The notes beneath the pieces were generated by a model, which saw only the letters and a program-made list of their open reading frames with translations, searched no databases and had not been told where the DNA came from. The position numbers and the translations under genes are program-made. From assembly GCA_002633005.1 (NCBI GenBank), contig NMRA01000163.1:726455-790454 (forward strand): DNA of 64,000 nt, given 5' to 3'. The number at the start of each line of letters is the position of its first letter. Position 1 is the stretch's first letter. Below are positions 62,831 to 64,000 of the stretch, in pieces. The DNA comes from Phoronis australis (Eukaryota > Animalia > Phoronida).

Positions 62831-64000
62831 ATTCATTTTCCAACATGACTAACTTTTTGACAATGTGTTTCTGTATCACAACAACGCGTTGGTCATCAGA
62901 AATTGCAAATACTAATATTTCTTTGCCAAAAAATACTAGTCATAGTCTTCATGAAGTGCTTGGAAGTGTCCCCGCAACAAAATGAGGACACATTATACAA
63001 ATGACTGAGTAATAAGCGATATGAATCCCCACGATTCAAAAACCAAACTCCCGTTGAGTTCAACAAATGAAAAAGATCAAAAAGATACGGAAGATTCGTG
63101 AAATATCGGGAAAAAAATCAGCGCATACAAAGCACTTGACGTTCGATTAAAAGCGTCAGTTTGAGGACACAATTTATTTCCCTGGAAAGAAAAAAACATT
63201 GTTATTCAAGGATACAATCAAATCGGCACGNATACGGAAGATTCGTGAAATATCGGGAAAAAAATCAGCGCATACAAAGCACTTGATGTTCGATTAAAAG
63301 CGTCAGTTTGAGGACACAATTTATTTCCCTGGAAAGAAAAAAACATTGTTATTCAAAGATACAATCAAATCGGCACGACGATCGGAACGCAATACCCTGT
63401 ATTTTTCTGCTACATTTTCAAACGGTTATAAAGCCACATTGCTTCATGAAATTGGTCTCAAATTGATTAAAGTAGGTGAGATTTTGGGGCTTGCGAAAGA
63501 ACTGACAACTCCATATTGCTTGAGATTAAATTCTACAGTTCGATTTGTCAATAAGTATAATTTTTATTCCCGACCACGGAACCGATAATGACGAACTGTC
63601 AGTTCTTTGAAAGACCAAAGACCACTTATTATATCAGTAAGGAACAAGTTGAGACCAATTTTACAGTAGTTCTATTGGTCGATATCAAAAGTTAGCTTCT
63701 TCAGCGAAACTCGAGTTTATTGTCGTTCTAATAAGCTAAGTTTGGTGTTTAAAAAAACAATACCGGTATAATTCGATCTGAAATTTTCCAATATAATTCA
63801 ATTTTGATTTAAATGTATTTGAGTGAAAAGCTATTTCCAAATTAACATGCTCTATCGCTGACCAACGAAGTACGTCTCATCATATAATGCCTTTAAAGGT
63901 AATTAACACTCCGGTCATCAATAAAGGTAATTCTAAAACGCTGAAAATGGTAAATTCAGTCAAACTGCAGATAATCCTGAATACAAGCCACCTCGCTTAA

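Noticed and set aside
63085-63378. Near-exact ~146-bp duplication
   Set aside because: The junction is a single N (63231), so it is probably an assembly artefact.

Overview
This is AT-rich animal (probably invertebrate) genomic DNA with spliceosomal introns, not prokaryotic. Three host genes are supported. The first coding exon of a BCR-like gene lies on the minus strand (209-907) and continues left of the window. A complete three-exon SNAP29-like SNARE gene lies on the minus strand (10120-17862, about 222 aa). The first two coding exons of a CoREST/RCOR gene lie on the plus strand (41017-41280), and I could not find its next exon in the window. Most of the remainder is transposon-derived or repetitive. 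The main items are a 7.5-kb TTAA-flanked, Kolobok-like element with ~1.4-kb terminal inverted arms, carrying decayed KolX/P2X7-ballast-like and spliced SGNH-hydrolase-like cargo, plus an orphan arm next to the SNAP29 5' end; a DINE-1/HINE-type element whose 451-bp tandem repeats form an array of CTCF-like motifs; a Penelope-like insertion with an inverted pseudo-LTR and a 12-bp TSD; a minimal hammerhead ribozyme with an intact core; LINE RT relics and several MITEs; and a ~13-kb strand-skewed composite tandem array (49.6-62.8 kb). Family assignments come from motif recognition by eye, with no database search, and repeat boundaries are approximate.
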